Source of the DNA: a virus
DNA: 45,655 nt
IMG/VR virus record: IMGVR_UViG_3300033179_000004
Coordinates: 1 to 45,655 of that record
Strand: one strand, 5' to 3'
A program made the translations under genes and the position numbers. The notes below the pieces were generated by a model. It ran no database searches. It was not told the DNA's origin and saw only the letters and a list, made by a program, of their open reading frames with translations. This document shows, piece after piece, positions 8,071 to 16,584 of the stretch (position 1 is its first letter; each line of letters opens with the position of its first letter).

Positions 8071-8100
8071 AAAAGAAAACCCGGCTCTAGGCCGGGCTTT
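8071..8100 (-). terminator. Rho-independent terminator (minus strand)
   Basis: The minus strand reads GCCCGGCCTAGAGCCGGGTTTTCTTTT. The stop codon of the 8087..8356 CDS sits in the loop. Confidence 0.65.
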
Positions 8101-8356
8101 GCTCTAGCGGGATGCCGCAAAACTCTCGCGCTCGATGTAGCCTGCCAATCGCCGCAGGCCCAAGCTTTCCATATTGGATCAGGTCCGCAATGGCGTCGAG
8201 AGCCGCAAGGTACGCTTCTTTTACTTGCTCCTTGGTGGGGTCGGGAATGCCTTGGCTTTCCAAAAAGCCGATGACGGCCCTGCCGACATCAAAGCGCGCT
8301 GTTGCGGAAATTGTCTCAAGGTCATTGAGGTGTTCGGTTATGGTGTATTCAGTCAA
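8087..8356 (-). CDS. Hypothetical protein (89 aa) downstream of int
   Basis: TTG start 7 nt after AAGGAAG, immediately after the int stop. The longer ORF-track version overlaps the int C-terminus. Confidence 0.4.
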   Translation of the reverse strand: MTEYTITEHLNDLETISATARFDVGRAVIGFLESQGIPDPTKEQVKEAYLAALDAIADLIQYGKLGPAAIGRLHRAREFCGIPLEQSPA

Positions 8357-8370
8357 TTTGATACTTCCTT

Positions 8371-9555
8371 CTAAGCCGCGACTTTCAGATCGTTTCGTTT
8401 GCCGGTGCCCGCCGCCAGCTTGTGCGCCCATGCCAGCGGGTCGAGCATCCACGGCGCGTTCGCCCATGCGTCGATCACCGGCAGGGTGTTGATTTCTTCG
8501 ATAAGCTTTTCCGGGGTGATGTGGGTATAGCGGCGGCTCATGTCGCTATCGTCCTTGGCGTGCCCCATGATCACGTCCTTGATCAGCGTATGAACGCCGT
8601 TCATCACCAATTGCGAGGATACCGTGTGCCGCCCGGTATAGGGCGCGATGTCGGTGATCCCCGACCGCTTGCGCGCCCCCTTGATCGCCGTTTTCATTTG
8701 GCCACCGCCTTGGCCTTCCTCATCCTTCGGCTCATAGGGGACGCCGCGCGGGGTCCTAAACAGGAAGCCGCCGCGCTTCATCAGGCCGGTGAACAGGGGA
8801 ACCAAAACCTCATGCATCGGCACGCCACGGGGTTCGCCGCTCTTGCTCGCGGGGAGGGTGATCCATCGTTCCCTGATGTTTACCTGATCGGCTTCCAGCG
8901 TGAATAGTTCGATGGGCCGCATGCCGGTATAGAAAAACGTCGTCATCAACATGGCGGGGGCGGGTGACATCGCCAGCACGAACTTTGCGGCGCGGTCATA
9001 GGTGGTTGCCGTGGTCCCGGCGCGGACCTTGGTGTTGAGGAATTTCAACATCGTGCCTTTCGGCTTGCGCGGTCGCCTCCAATCGCGCTTCTCACACCAA
9101 CCGTCACCTTGGGCATGGTTCCAGACTGCAATGAACGGCGCGTGGCATTGCCGGTTGCGCGTCAAATAGGAAGTGTTGGGGTATAACTTCGCGGCAGCGG
9201 CGTCCAATTCGGATTGCGTGATGGTGTTCAAGACGCGGTCGCCGAACAGGCCCATCAAGCCATCATATTCCCCGGTAGCCGGATCAAGGGCACCAAGGAA
9301 GCGCGGCGATCCGCCAGTGCGGTCGCGACCTCCGGTCCCTAGATAAAGATCGACCGCATCCTTGAAGGTCTTGGTTGATGCCGGGCCGTGGATTACTTCC
9401 TTGAGGCATTCGCCCTGGTATTTTGCGAGGAGTTTTTGCGCGGCTTTTTGATCGGAAGTCTTTGTAGATTGGTGTACTTCCTTGCCGTTGAAGTCGGTGC
9501 CCCGGATGACGAAGTTGCCTTTTCCGGGTGTCCGCTGCCAAAGGTAGAGGGCCAT
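8371..9555 (-). CDS. int: Tyrosine recombinase / phage integrase
   Basis: The C-terminal ...YTGRHTV...IMGHAKDDSDMSRRYTHI supplies R, H-x-x-R-like and Y catalytic residues. Start taken at ATG 9555; a TTG at 9570 is also possible. Confidence 0.85.
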   Translation of the reverse strand: MALYLWQRTPGKGNFVIRGTDFNGKEVHQSTKTSDQKAAQKLLAKYQGECLKEVIHGPASTKTFKDAVDLYLGTGGRDRTGGSPRFLGALDPATGEYDGLMGLFGDRVLNTITQSELDAAAAKLYPNTSYLTRNRQCHAPFIAVWNHAQGDGWCEKRDWRRPRKPKGTMLKFLNTKVRAGTTATTYDRAAKFVLAMSPAPAMLMTTFFYTGMRPIELFTLEADQVNIRERWITLPASKSGEPRGVPMHEVLVPLFTGLMKRGGFLFRTPRGVPYEPKDEEGQGGGQMKTAIKGARKRSGITDIAPYTGRHTVSSQLVMNGVHTLIKDVIMGHAKDDSDMSRRYTHITPEKLIEEINTLPVIDAWANAPWMLDPLAWAHKLAAGTGKRNDLKVAA

Positions 9556-9722
9556 CGCTGAATTTCCCAAATTGATCGAATGTCGGTTTCCGAAAAAAGC
9601 AGATCACGACCAAATGTGGAACAGAGGCCGTGCTTCTTGGCAACCTTTGCCACCGCGCGCGGTGATTGTCTTAACTGTTCGGCGGCTTCTTTCAAGGTGA
9701 ACACGGTACCTATCACCATCAA
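9393..9722 (-). CDS. Excisionase/AlpA-like HTH protein (ORF tail overlaps the int 5' end out of frame)
   Basis: Strong AGGAGG 7 nt upstream of the ATG. FTLKEAAEQLRQSPRAVAKVAKKHGL is MerR/Xis-type HTH-like. No stop occurs until 9393. Confidence 0.5.
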   Translation of the reverse strand: MMVIGTVFTLKEAAEQLRQSPRAVAKVAKKHGLCSTFGRDLLFSETDIRSIWEIQRWPSTFGSGHPEKATSSSGAPTSTARKYTNLQRLPIKKPRKNSSQNTRANASRK

Positions 9723-9749
9723 GCGTCCTCCTAGCAGGGAGACGCCGTC

Positions 9750-9777
9750 ACATTAGTCGTAATTATTGCGAAATCAA
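9750..9777 (-). promoter_or_regulatory. Putative xis-int promoter TTGATT-N16-TAATGT with operator O1 (9758-9770) in the spacer
   Basis: The minus strand reads TTGATT TCGCAATAATTACGAC TAATGT. A second, weaker site CGTAAAAATTCAG lies at 9779-9791. Confidence 0.4.
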
Positions 9778-9911
9778 TCGTAAAAATTCAGCGGGGGCGA
9801 AATGTCGGGTTCCGGACATAATATGTGATGACACCCGTCAGCGCCGGGCGCATAGTCTGCGCGTTGGGCTGCGGGGCCAATTAATAACGAACAGAAACGT
9901 GGAGGCCTTCA

Positions 9912-10127
9912 ATGATCGAAGCGCTGATTGAGCAGGAATTCGAGGCCAACGGCTTTCCGCTCGCCGAACCGGAAGAGGCCGTTGAGGCGCTACTGATCCA
10001 ATTGGCGCTCAAAATGACAGGCGTGCTGCCCAATGATCGGGCACAGGGCGAGGCCGCCTTGAAACTGGCGGCGGAATTATACGCCGTGCTTTGTGACTTC
10101 CGTGAGAAAGGCCAACTGCCTCACTGA
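9912..10127 (+). CDS. Hypothetical acidic protein (71 aa)
   Basis: GTGGAGG Shine-Dalgarno upstream. The ORF converges on the CI-like gene. Confidence 0.5.
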   Translation: MIEALIEQEFEANGFPLAEPEEAVEALLIQLALKMTGVLPNDRAQGEAALKLAAELYAVLCDFREKGQLPH

Positions 10128-10567
10128 GAGGCTTTTTCCCGAACGTCAGCGCGTTGCTTCCCCTTGGTCGCACTAGGATGCAGCGCTTTTCTTCGCCGCT
10201 CGTTGGTGGCGTCCAGCTTCTTCTTGATCTTTTCCATTTCAGCCATGTCGCGCTGTTGCTCAAGGTCCAACTTTTCGGCGAGTTGGATTTTCTCTCGATA
10301 GTGAGCGGACAGGCTCGACATCGATCCAAACCAAATCCACTCAATCGATAAGCCGGGAAATTTATGATGGAGCAGGAAGGCAACTTCCCTTGGAACCGGG
10401 TAGCCGCGTTCGTAATTACTCCACCTTTTGAAATCAATTCCCAACCGTTTGGCGAAGTCCGTCTGATTGTCGCCGCTAACTATTTCGCGCATGATGCGCA
10501 GGCGACGCCTGTAGGCTTCCACGTCGAAGCCTTGCAGCTTTCCGAAGCCGTCCATCTTTCTGACCAT
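10121..10567 (-). CDS. CI-like repressor (XRE-type HTH, coiled C-terminal half)
   Basis: DNQTDFAKRLGIDFKRWSNYERGYPVP is an HTH motif. The gene is divergent from a Cro-like gene. GCAAGGGG Shine-Dalgarno. Confidence 0.65.
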   Translation of the reverse strand: MVRKMDGFGKLQGFDVEAYRRRLRIMREIVSGDNQTDFAKRLGIDFKRWSNYERGYPVPREVAFLLHHKFPGLSIEWIWFGSMSSLSAHYREKIQLAEKLDLEQQRDMAEMEKIKKKLDATNERRRKALHPSATKGKQRADVREKASQ

Positions 10568-10594
10568 GTAACCCCTTGCCGGTTAGCGCGTGAA

Positions 10595-10623
10595 GATTAA
10601 GGCACGCTTCTCAAATGTGGCAA
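10595..10623 (-). promoter_or_regulatory. Putative repressor promoter TTGCCA-N17-TTAATC
   Basis: Hexamers read on the minus strand, about 20 nt upstream of the Shine-Dalgarno sequence. Confidence 0.3.
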
Positions 10624-10775
10624 GTGCCAAAAATCAGAAGTCCTAAAAAATCGGATCAATGCAACCTCAATACTCCTAAACCAATAAGAGAGCAAAACGT
10701 TTCTCACGCTTTAGGTTGTATTTCGCAAAAATAACTGTCCCCTATATCCACAACCCCGCTCATAGCGGTTCCGTC

Positions 10776-10804
10776 TTGATAGTCGTACATATTACGATTA
10801 TAAG
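10776..10804 (+). promoter_or_regulatory. Putative early rightward promoter TTGATA-N17-TATAAG with operator O2 (10784-10796) in the spacer
   Basis: The -10 ends 7 nt before the ATG at 10812, which implies a leaderless or near-leaderless cro-like mRNA. Confidence 0.45.
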
Positions 10805-10811
10805 GGCGGGC

Positions 10812-11018
10812 ATGAAAGAATTACGCACAGCCGCAGCGGTGGTTGATGCTATCGGCATCGACCGGGTCTGCGAGATCACCAAGACCACCCCAAAGGTCGC
10901 TTGGCATTGGTGGGGCAGGGCAAAGGCTTTCCCGCCCCGCACCTACGTCACCATGCAACGCGCCCTTAAACGTCGGCGCTGCACCGCCCCGCCCGCCTTG
11001 TGGAAAATGATCCCGTGA
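10812..11018 (+). CDS. Cro-like small DNA-binding protein (68 aa)
   Basis: Divergent from the CI-like gene. Basic, about 70 aa. Internal ATG chosen; the ORF-track extension covers the promoter. Confidence 0.5.
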   Translation: MKELRTAAAVVDAIGIDRVCEITKTTPKVAWHWWGRAKAFPPRTYVTMQRALKRRRCTAPPALWKMIP

Positions 11019-11242
11019 CCAAGACGCTCGCCGAATGGGACGTGCTTGTGCGCCCACATCTGCGCGGCATCCGTGAAGGTGCCGAAAGGTGCTCGCGTCA
11101 CACCACGCAACTGTTGCAAAGGCCGCTGTTCGACACGTTGGCCTTTGACGATCTGGAAAAACTGGAAACCGTTCTCGCGGAAGCGCTCTTGAAGGTGTCT
11201 CATGCCAAACAGGTCTATCAAGCGAAGCCGACCGAAGATTGA
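11000..11242 (+). CDS. Hypothetical protein (80 aa)
   Basis: GTG start at 11000, with an alternative GTG at 11015 forming a GTGA overlap. Confidence 0.4.
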   Translation: MENDPVTKTLAEWDVLVRPHLRGIREGAERCSRHTTQLLQRPLFDTLAFDDLEKLETVLAEALLKVSHAKQVYQAKPTED

Positions 11243-11420
11243 ACTCGCCACCAGCCAGCCCGAAACCGATCTCCAAAAACGCTTGCTTCGTATCCGCACC
11301 GACACGCGGGAGTTGGCCGCGCTGACGCAAGCGGAGGCTCGCGCGATCTATGAGCAATTAGAAGCCGCGCGCGACATGATCTCATTTGTATTGGATCGCG
11401 CCGATGGCAAAAATTCCTAA
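11202..11420 (+). CDS. Hypothetical protein (72 aa)
   Basis: GAAGGTG Shine-Dalgarno upstream of the ATG. Confidence 0.45.
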   Translation: MPNRSIKRSRPKIELATSQPETDLQKRLLRIRTDTRELAALTQAEARAIYEQLEAARDMISFVLDRADGKNS

Positions 11421-11904
11421 CATCGATCAACTCCGCATCGAAATCGACACGCTGATACGGGATCATCCCGAACTCGCGGATGATGTCGTCGCCTTGCTGG
11501 ACATGCTGGAAGGCCAAACCGATCTATTCGAGGCGCTGGCGATGCTTGGCCGTGCGCTCGACAACACCAAACTGTTGCGGGAAGGGATAGCCGCCCGGCT
11601 TGAGGAACTATATGCCCGCGAAGGGCGGTTTGAGGCGCGCGACAAATACATCCGCAATATGATTTTCAAGCTAATGGAGAGTTCGCAGTTGCGGAAGTGC
11701 GAACTGCCGGAAGTCACCTTCTCGCTGCGCAACAACCCGCCGCGCGTGGTCGGCGATGCCGATCCGGCGAGCCTGCCGGACGATCTCGTCAAGATCACCC
11801 GCGCGATTTCCAAAACCAAAATCAAGGAAGCGCTTGAAGCCGGGCGCGTGGTTGAGGGCTTCGCACTGAGTAACAGCCCGCCCTCATTGGTGGTGAGGGT
11901 CTGA
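11404..11904 (+). CDS. Siphovirus Gp157-like protein
   Basis: The C-terminal ...LPEVTFSLRNNPPRVV...KIKEALEAGRVVEGFAL pattern is typical of the Gp157 family. Confidence 0.55.
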   Translation: MAKIPNIDQLRIEIDTLIRDHPELADDVVALLDMLEGQTDLFEALAMLGRALDNTKLLREGIAARLEELYAREGRFEARDKYIRNMIFKLMESSQLRKCELPEVTFSLRNNPPRVVGDADPASLPDDLVKITRAISKTKIKEALEAGRVVEGFALSNSPPSLVVRV

Positions 11905-12014
11905 TGTCTTGGCCTAGCTTCCTATTGGGAGTGATGACCGGCGTCACGCTTGGCGTGCTGTTCGTGATGATGGCGCAACTTGGCTCCCGTGCCGATAAGC
12001 GCGACCGAAGGTGA
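11904..12014 (+). CDS. Mini-ORF, single-TM peptide (36 aa)
   Basis: TGATG coupling to the upstream stop. MSWPSFLLGVMTGVTLGVLFVMMAQLG followed by a basic tail. Confidence 0.35.
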   Translation: MSWPSFLLGVMTGVTLGVLFVMMAQLGSRADKRDRR

Positions 12015-12018
12015 AACG

Positions 12019-12681
12019 ATGCCATTCTCCCAGGAACAACTCGACCTCTTGAACGCTCCACTGTCGCGCGCTGTCGTCAAGGAACGCGAGCAAGCTAGGC
12101 GCAGGTTTAGCTATGTTGAAGGCTGGTTCATGATCGCCGAAGCCAACCGTATTTTCGGCTTCGACAAATGGGCCTGCGACACCATCGAAACCAAATGCGT
12201 CGTTGAGAAGGATCGGCTGATCGGCAAGCAGGCGTTGCCCGGCTATGGCGTCACCTATACGGCGCGGGTGCGCATCCACGTCACCGTGGGCGATATGCAG
12301 TTATTCCGCGACGGTGTCGGCGCGGGTCACGGCATCGATCAGGATTTAGGTCAGGCACACGAAAGCGCGCTCAAAGAAGCGGAGACCGACGCCTTCAAGC
12401 GCGCAATCCGGACGTTCGGCAATCCGTTCGGCCTAGCGCTCTATGACAAGGAACAGGTCAACGTCGCCGACGAACCCGAAGAACCCGACGCCCGCGCGAA
12501 ATATATGGATGAATGCAAACGGAAGATCGCCACCTTCCCCGACAATTCAACCTTGGCGCTGACCTGGTGGAACGATCCCATCAATCATCAAGCCCGTGAC
12601 GATTGGCTGTTGCCGCCCGACCGGCTTGAACTGCAAGCGCTCGTTAAAGCCAAACTGCCACCGCGAGACATGAACACATGA
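12019..12681 (+). CDS. Rad52/Rad22-family single-strand annealing protein
   Basis: FSYVEGWFMIAEANRIFGFDKW and KEAETDAFKRAIRTFGNPFGLALY are hallmark segments. GAAGGTGA Shine-Dalgarno. Confidence 0.75.
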   Translation: MPFSQEQLDLLNAPLSRAVVKEREQARRRFSYVEGWFMIAEANRIFGFDKWACDTIETKCVVEKDRLIGKQALPGYGVTYTARVRIHVTVGDMQLFRDGVGAGHGIDQDLGQAHESALKEAETDAFKRAIRTFGNPFGLALYDKEQVNVADEPEEPDARAKYMDECKRKIATFPDNSTLALTWWNDPINHQARDDWLLPPDRLELQALVKAKLPPRDMNT

Positions 12682-12875
12682 GTAGCAAGGAAAAAGACCT
12701 TCTTGGCGCGCTATTTTTCTGGGATGACGGCACCGCGACCGGCTACCTGACGGCGGGGGGCGACCATTACGAATTGGTGGGCGTCCGCCGCAACGACATC
12801 CGCACCGATATTGAGGGACGCAAGATGCGCGTGTCCGAACCGCAGCAATCGGATTTGTTCAATGACAAAGCGTAA
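12678..12875 (+). CDS. Hypothetical protein (65 aa)
   Basis: ATGA overlap with the SSAP stop. Confidence 0.45.
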   Translation: MSSKEKDLLGALFFWDDGTATGYLTAGGDHYELVGVRRNDIRTDIEGRKMRVSEPQQSDLFNDKA

Positions 12876-13248
12876 AGCCAAACCAAAGCCCAAAGCCAAG
12901 CCGCAAGCCAAGCCGCAAGACGAATTGGCCGTTACCGTTGGCCTTACGACCAAGGCAAAGCTAGAAGCCGCTGCCAAGAAAAATCGCCTCTCAGTGAGTG
13001 AGGAAATCGCGCGGCGGCTCGAAATCATGTTCGCTCACGAAGAATTTGCCACCTACACCTTTGGCGACGATGACACCCGCAGGTTCATTTTGCGGATTGC
13101 TGGCGCGGTTGTTCGTGCGGAGCAACGTTTGGGGCGGCGCTGGTATTCCGATCACAGTGCAATCATCCAAACCAAGGCAGCGGTCATGCAGGAAATGACC
13201 GGTCACGTATTAATTGAACAACTCGGTTTCGAGAGGCCAAATGCCTAG
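12862..13248 (+). CDS. Hypothetical protein with an N-terminal KP repeat and a possible ribbon-helix-helix
   Basis: KAKPKPKAKPQAKPQ low-complexity stretch, then RLSVSEEIARRLE. Confidence 0.4.
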   Translation: MTKRKAKPKPKAKPQAKPQDELAVTVGLTTKAKLEAAAKKNRLSVSEEIARRLEIMFAHEEFATYTFGDDDTRRFILRIAGAVVRAEQRLGRRWYSDHSAIIQTKAAVMQEMTGHVLIEQLGFERPNA

Positions 13249-13495
13249 GCGATCCGAAATCATTCTGTCCGAGACCGCCGAAGCCTACGGCCTGACGGTT
13301 GCCGACATCAAGGGACCGAAGCGCAAGCGCAAGCATGTCGCCGCGCGGCGCTACGCCATCGCGCGATTGCGAGCGCTGCACTTTGATTTTTTGACAATCG
13401 CGAAAGTGTTGAACCGCCACCACACCACAATCCACCATCACGTTTTCAAGGCCAAGAGGCACTGCCAGTTTGTGCCGTTCCGGAGGGTGGGATGA
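13241..13495 (+). CDS. DnaA C-terminal-domain-like HTH protein
   Basis: KHVAARRYAIARLRALHFDFLTIAKVLNRHHTTIHHHV resembles the DnaA domain IV helix-turn-helix. Confidence 0.55.
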   Translation: MPRRSEIILSETAEAYGLTVADIKGPKRKRKHVAARRYAIARLRALHFDFLTIAKVLNRHHTTIHHHVFKAKRHCQFVPFRRVG

Positions 13496-13695
13496 AACGC
13501 CGCTATTCCATCTGGGGCACCGAACACGGCTCGGACCATGAGGTGGAACTGGCCCAAGTCGATAGCAATCCGCAGCCCGTGATGGACGCCTTTGTGGCGA
13601 TGACCCTGACCGTCAAGCCGACGATCAACGGACCGAAGAGACGGACCAAAATCCGAAAATACGCTTGGCTGCGAATAGAGGAGAACAAGCAATGA
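13492..13695 (+). CDS. Hypothetical protein (67 aa)
   Basis: ATGA overlap at both ends. Confidence 0.45.
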   Translation: MKRRYSIWGTEHGSDHEVELAQVDSNPQPVMDAFVAMTLTVKPTINGPKRRTKIRKYAWLRIEENKQ

Positions 13696-14105
13696 AGCCA
13701 CCAGTTACCGACGCTATCAGCTTTGTTTCGGAAGTCCTGCGTCACGCTTATTGGGAAGTGTATTACAATCAGGACGCACTAAAGAAAGCGCACGCTAAAC
13801 TGAAATTGGTGCGCGAGTTGGCGCGGCAATTGGAAATCGATCACGAGGTTGAACGTGCTGAGACGAATGACGATGGCGACGTGATCCGCTACGAAAACCT
13901 GTCGCAATTCGTGATGGAAATGGTGGACGACGAGCAGCATTCGCTCGAATACCACGAAGCCGGGCTGATTTCCGCACACAACAAGGTTGCTTACGCCCTG
14001 ACGATGCTGGCGCGAGGCAACTACACCGAAATCGACGCCGACGAAGTCCAACGTCAATCAAAGACCCAATTCATGCCCCGCGCGGAAACTGAGGCTGCGG
14101 GATAG
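13692..14105 (+). CDS. Hypothetical protein (137 aa)
   Basis: ATG at 13692 forms an ATGA overlap with the upstream stop. Confidence 0.5.
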   Translation: MKPPVTDAISFVSEVLRHAYWEVYYNQDALKKAHAKLKLVRELARQLEIDHEVERAETNDDGDVIRYENLSQFVMEMVDDEQHSLEYHEAGLISAHNKVAYALTMLARGNYTEIDADEVQRQSKTQFMPRAETEAAG

Positions 14106-14127
14106 TCGATAACGGGGAGGCAGGTTC

Positions 14128-14460
14128 ATGACGGACGAATTTAGCCGCAAGAAGGCCCGGCGCGCTCGCGACAAGGGAATGAAAAGCGTTCTCGATCATA
14201 ATCCGCGCTGGATCGATCACTATTACGGTTTCGTTACGCGGGCGATCCCGCGCGGCACGGTGCTATCAGGCGAGGACATCCGCAGAATGGCCGCGCCCGT
14301 CATCGGTGAGCCGGGCCATCCCAATGGCTGGGGCGCTGCATCGAATGGCGCTTATCGTCGCGGCCTACTGATCAAAACCGGAAAGATGGTCACGCCGAAG
14401 GCCAAGAAAAGCCACGCACGCGCGATCCAGGAATATGTTCGCTCTGATCGCCTCGCCTAG
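14128..14460 (+). CDS. Hypothetical protein (110 aa)
   Basis: GGGGAGG Shine-Dalgarno. Confidence 0.5.
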   Translation: MTDEFSRKKARRARDKGMKSVLDHNPRWIDHYYGFVTRAIPRGTVLSGEDIRRMAAPVIGEPGHPNGWGAASNGAYRRGLLIKTGKMVTPKAKKSHARAIQEYVRSDRLA

Positions 14461-14463
14461 CCA

Positions 14464-14823
14464 ATGTCGGCCCCGTGGATGCCGTTCTACGTCGCAGACT
14501 ACCTAGGTGATACCGAACACCTTTCGACGCTTCAGCATGGCGCTTATTGCCTTCTGCTATTCTCCTACTGGCGGCGCGGCGGCCTGCCGGACGACGATCA
14601 GCAACTCGCCAATATCGCCAAGATGCCGCTTGAAGATTGGCTCGCGCACAAGGCGACCCTGCAAGCGCTTTTCTATGATGGGTGGCGGCATAAGCGGGTG
14701 GATGCGGAACTGTGCAGGGCTGTGGATAAGATCGCCAAGCGGAAGGCTGCCGGGTCGAAAGGCGGTCAGGTCACCGCCATGGCCAACGAAATCGCACGCT
14801 ATAAGTCTCAAAGGGTTAGGTAG
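14464..14823 (+). CDS. DUF1376 (YdaU-like) replication-associated protein
   Basis: WMPFYVADYLGDTEHLSTLQHGAYCLLLFSYW matches the DUF1376 N-terminal signature. Confidence 0.6.
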   Translation: MSAPWMPFYVADYLGDTEHLSTLQHGAYCLLLFSYWRRGGLPDDDQQLANIAKMPLEDWLAHKATLQALFYDGWRHKRVDAELCRAVDKIAKRKAAGSKGGQVTAMANEIARYKSQRVR

Positions 14824-14827
14824 CAAA

Positions 14828-14862
14828 TGCTTGAGCAATTGCTTGAGCAATGCTGCACCAAT
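14828..14862. repeat. Tandem 12-mer TGCTTGAGCAAT (2 perfect copies plus 1 partial), followed by a polypyrimidine tract
   Basis: Copies at 14828-14839 and 14840-14851, then GCTGCACCAAT. The tract TTCTTTTCCCTTACTTCTTTCTTTCCTTT spans roughly 14874-14903. Confidence 0.6.
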
Positions 14863-14986
14863 CACACTCACATATTCTTTTCCCTTACTTCTTTCTTTCC
14901 TTTGCTGCGTAGCAAGTGGCTTGCCAAAGGTCGCTTGACGCCGCAGCCAGTCAGGCCCATTGCATCGGTTTCGCGGAGGGAACCGA

Positions 14987-15529
14987 ATGCACCGAGTACC
15001 TGACGACGAGGTGGGGCCGACAGCCGAACGGCTCAAACATGCGGGCGGGTGGTCTCCCGACAGAAACCAGTTTTTCACCGCAGCCGGTCAAAGTAAGTCC
15101 TCCCGCCGCTTCCAGATGCTCGACGATCAATTAGGAAGGGCGTGGGTGCGTCGTTTTATTTCTGCTGAGGAATACAGCGGCTTGAAAAAATACGCGCTCC
15201 ATTGGCTCGCTGGGGGCTTGCAGAGCCATATGGGTTCTGTCGATCTCAACCGTATATTGGCGTTCGATCCGTCAAGCATGAACGGGCTGGCGAAAACCGA
15301 ACGGCAGGCCGATCACCGGTCAATGTATTGGCGAGCGCACGAACATTTAGGCACTCGCCCGGCTTATGTAGCTGATCATATTGCCTGTTTTGACACATCG
15401 GTCAGCGATGTTGCCATAATGATGGGCTACCGCTCGCCTTACCATGGCCGGGAAAAGGTCCGGGAAATCTTGAGCGATGCCGGGTACCGGCTGACGAAAT
15501 TATGGGATGACCTCGCCAAAGGCCGTTGA
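14987..15529 (+). CDS. Hypothetical protein (180 aa)
   Basis: ATG at 14987 lies 7 nt after GGAGGG. It is the last gene of the rightward early operon. Confidence 0.5.
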   Translation: MHRVPDDEVGPTAERLKHAGGWSPDRNQFFTAAGQSKSSRRFQMLDDQLGRAWVRRFISAEEYSGLKKYALHWLAGGLQSHMGSVDLNRILAFDPSSMNGLAKTERQADHRSMYWRAHEHLGTRPAYVADHIACFDTSVSDVAIMMGYRSPYHGREKVREILSDAGYRLTKLWDDLAKGR

Positions 15530-15631
15530 CATCAGGGGCGATTTTGGCAATCAATTCGATATATTTACGAAGTTCGCCCTAGGATGCCGACCTAACCCCT
15601 TGCCAGCCTAGAAGGTAGCTTCGCAAATTAG

Positions 15632-15656
15632 AACGCCCGGCCAAAAGCCGGGCGTT
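15632..15656. terminator. Bidirectional terminator hairpin between convergent operons
   Basis: AACGCCCGGC-CAAAA-GCCGGGCGTT, a 10-bp stem. Confidence 0.65.
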
Positions 15657-15662
15657 TGCATT

Positions 15663-15917
15663 TCAGATGCGCAAATCTTCCGGCTTGGTTTTGGTTTTGA
15701 TCATCAGCGAAACCAGGTAGCCGACCGACATGGGGACAACGTTTTCCCCGCTGATCCAAGAGCGCACCGCGCGACCCCCGACCCCGATCAAGCGGGCAAA
15801 GGCCGATTGACTGATTTCGATGTCCGCCAAGGCTATCGCGAGTTCGTCACCGGACATCGGTTCGGCAGTCTCCGCAAAGCGCATTGGCTCGCGTTCTTTT
15901 TTCTTTGGCTTTTTCAT
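15663..15917 (-). CDS. XRE-like HTH protein (84 aa)
   Basis: [24 protein letters not shown] is an HTH motif. ATG at 15917 forms an ATGA overlap with the recombinase stop. Confidence 0.6.
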   Translation of the reverse strand: MKKPKKKEREPMRFAETAEPMSGDELAIALADIEISQSAFARLIGVGGRAVRSWISGENVVPMSVGYLVSLMIKTKTKPEDLRI

Positions 15918-16561
15918 GCTGTCCTCAATCGCTCGCAAAGCCGCCTGACGGTTTGGGACTGCCACTTGCGGCCTTGAGGCGTGGCAATGCCGCGTTCATT
16001 TAAAATGAAAGCAATGCGCCGCGACGGTAGGTTAATCAGCGGCCAAACGATGTCGCGAAGGCGTTCGGCGAACTCACCGGCAAATTGAGCGTTTACCTTG
16101 GCCTGTCTCGCGTTGCCAAGCACAACGCCGCGCGCCTTCGCGGCAGCCAGGGCAAGCTTGGTCCGCTCGCCGATCATGCGGCGCTCTTTCTCGGCGACGG
16201 CAGCATAAATATGCAACATGAACGGATCGACGTTCGCGCCCAACTCGCAGACGATGAACGGCACGCGGTTAGACATCAGGCCAGCGATAAACGCGACATC
16301 GCGCGACAGCCGGTCAAGCTTATGAATGATGACCGGGCATTTCAGTTTCTTGGCGGCATCCAATGCAGCGGCCAATTGCGGGCGACGCTCTAGCGCGTCG
16401 TTACCCTTGCCGGTTTCGATCTCAGAGAACGCGGAATGCACCGCATAGCCTTCGACCGCGCAAAAGGCATCGATGGCGGTTTGTTGCGCATCAAGGCCCA
16501 AAGGCGCTGGCGCTCCCTTGCGGGCCTTGGAAAGTCTGCGGTAGGCAATGGCTGGTTTCAT
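15914..16561 (-). CDS. Serine recombinase (resolvase/invertase family)
   Basis: AYRRLSK catalytic Ser context, plus HKLDRLSRD and [12 protein letters not shown] motifs. C-terminal [21 protein letters not shown]. Confidence 0.8.
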   Translation of the reverse strand: MKPAIAYRRLSKARKGAPAPLGLDAQQTAIDAFCAVEGYAVHSAFSEIETGKGNDALERRPQLAAALDAAKKLKCPVIIHKLDRLSRDVAFIAGLMSNRVPFIVCELGANVDPFMLHIYAAVAEKERRMIGERTKLALAAAKARGVVLGNARQAKVNAQFAGEFAERLRDIVWPLINLPSRRIAFILNERGIATPQGRKWQSQTVRRLCERLRTA

Positions 16562-16584
16562 GGTTTCCCCTTGCTGGTAGGCTG

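Noticed and set aside
12874-12920. Short DNA repeat AAGCC(A/G)AA... as a possible regulatory iteron
   Set aside because: It lies inside a CDS and simply encodes the KAKPKPKAKPQAKPQ low-complexity linker.
14507-15078. Overlapping ORFs 14507..14938(+) and 14557..15078(-) across the DUF1376 gene and the ori-like spacer
   Set aside because: They are alternative-frame or antisense products of low complexity. The DUF1376 frame carries the recognisable motif, and the spacer contains tandem repeats rather than coding signal.
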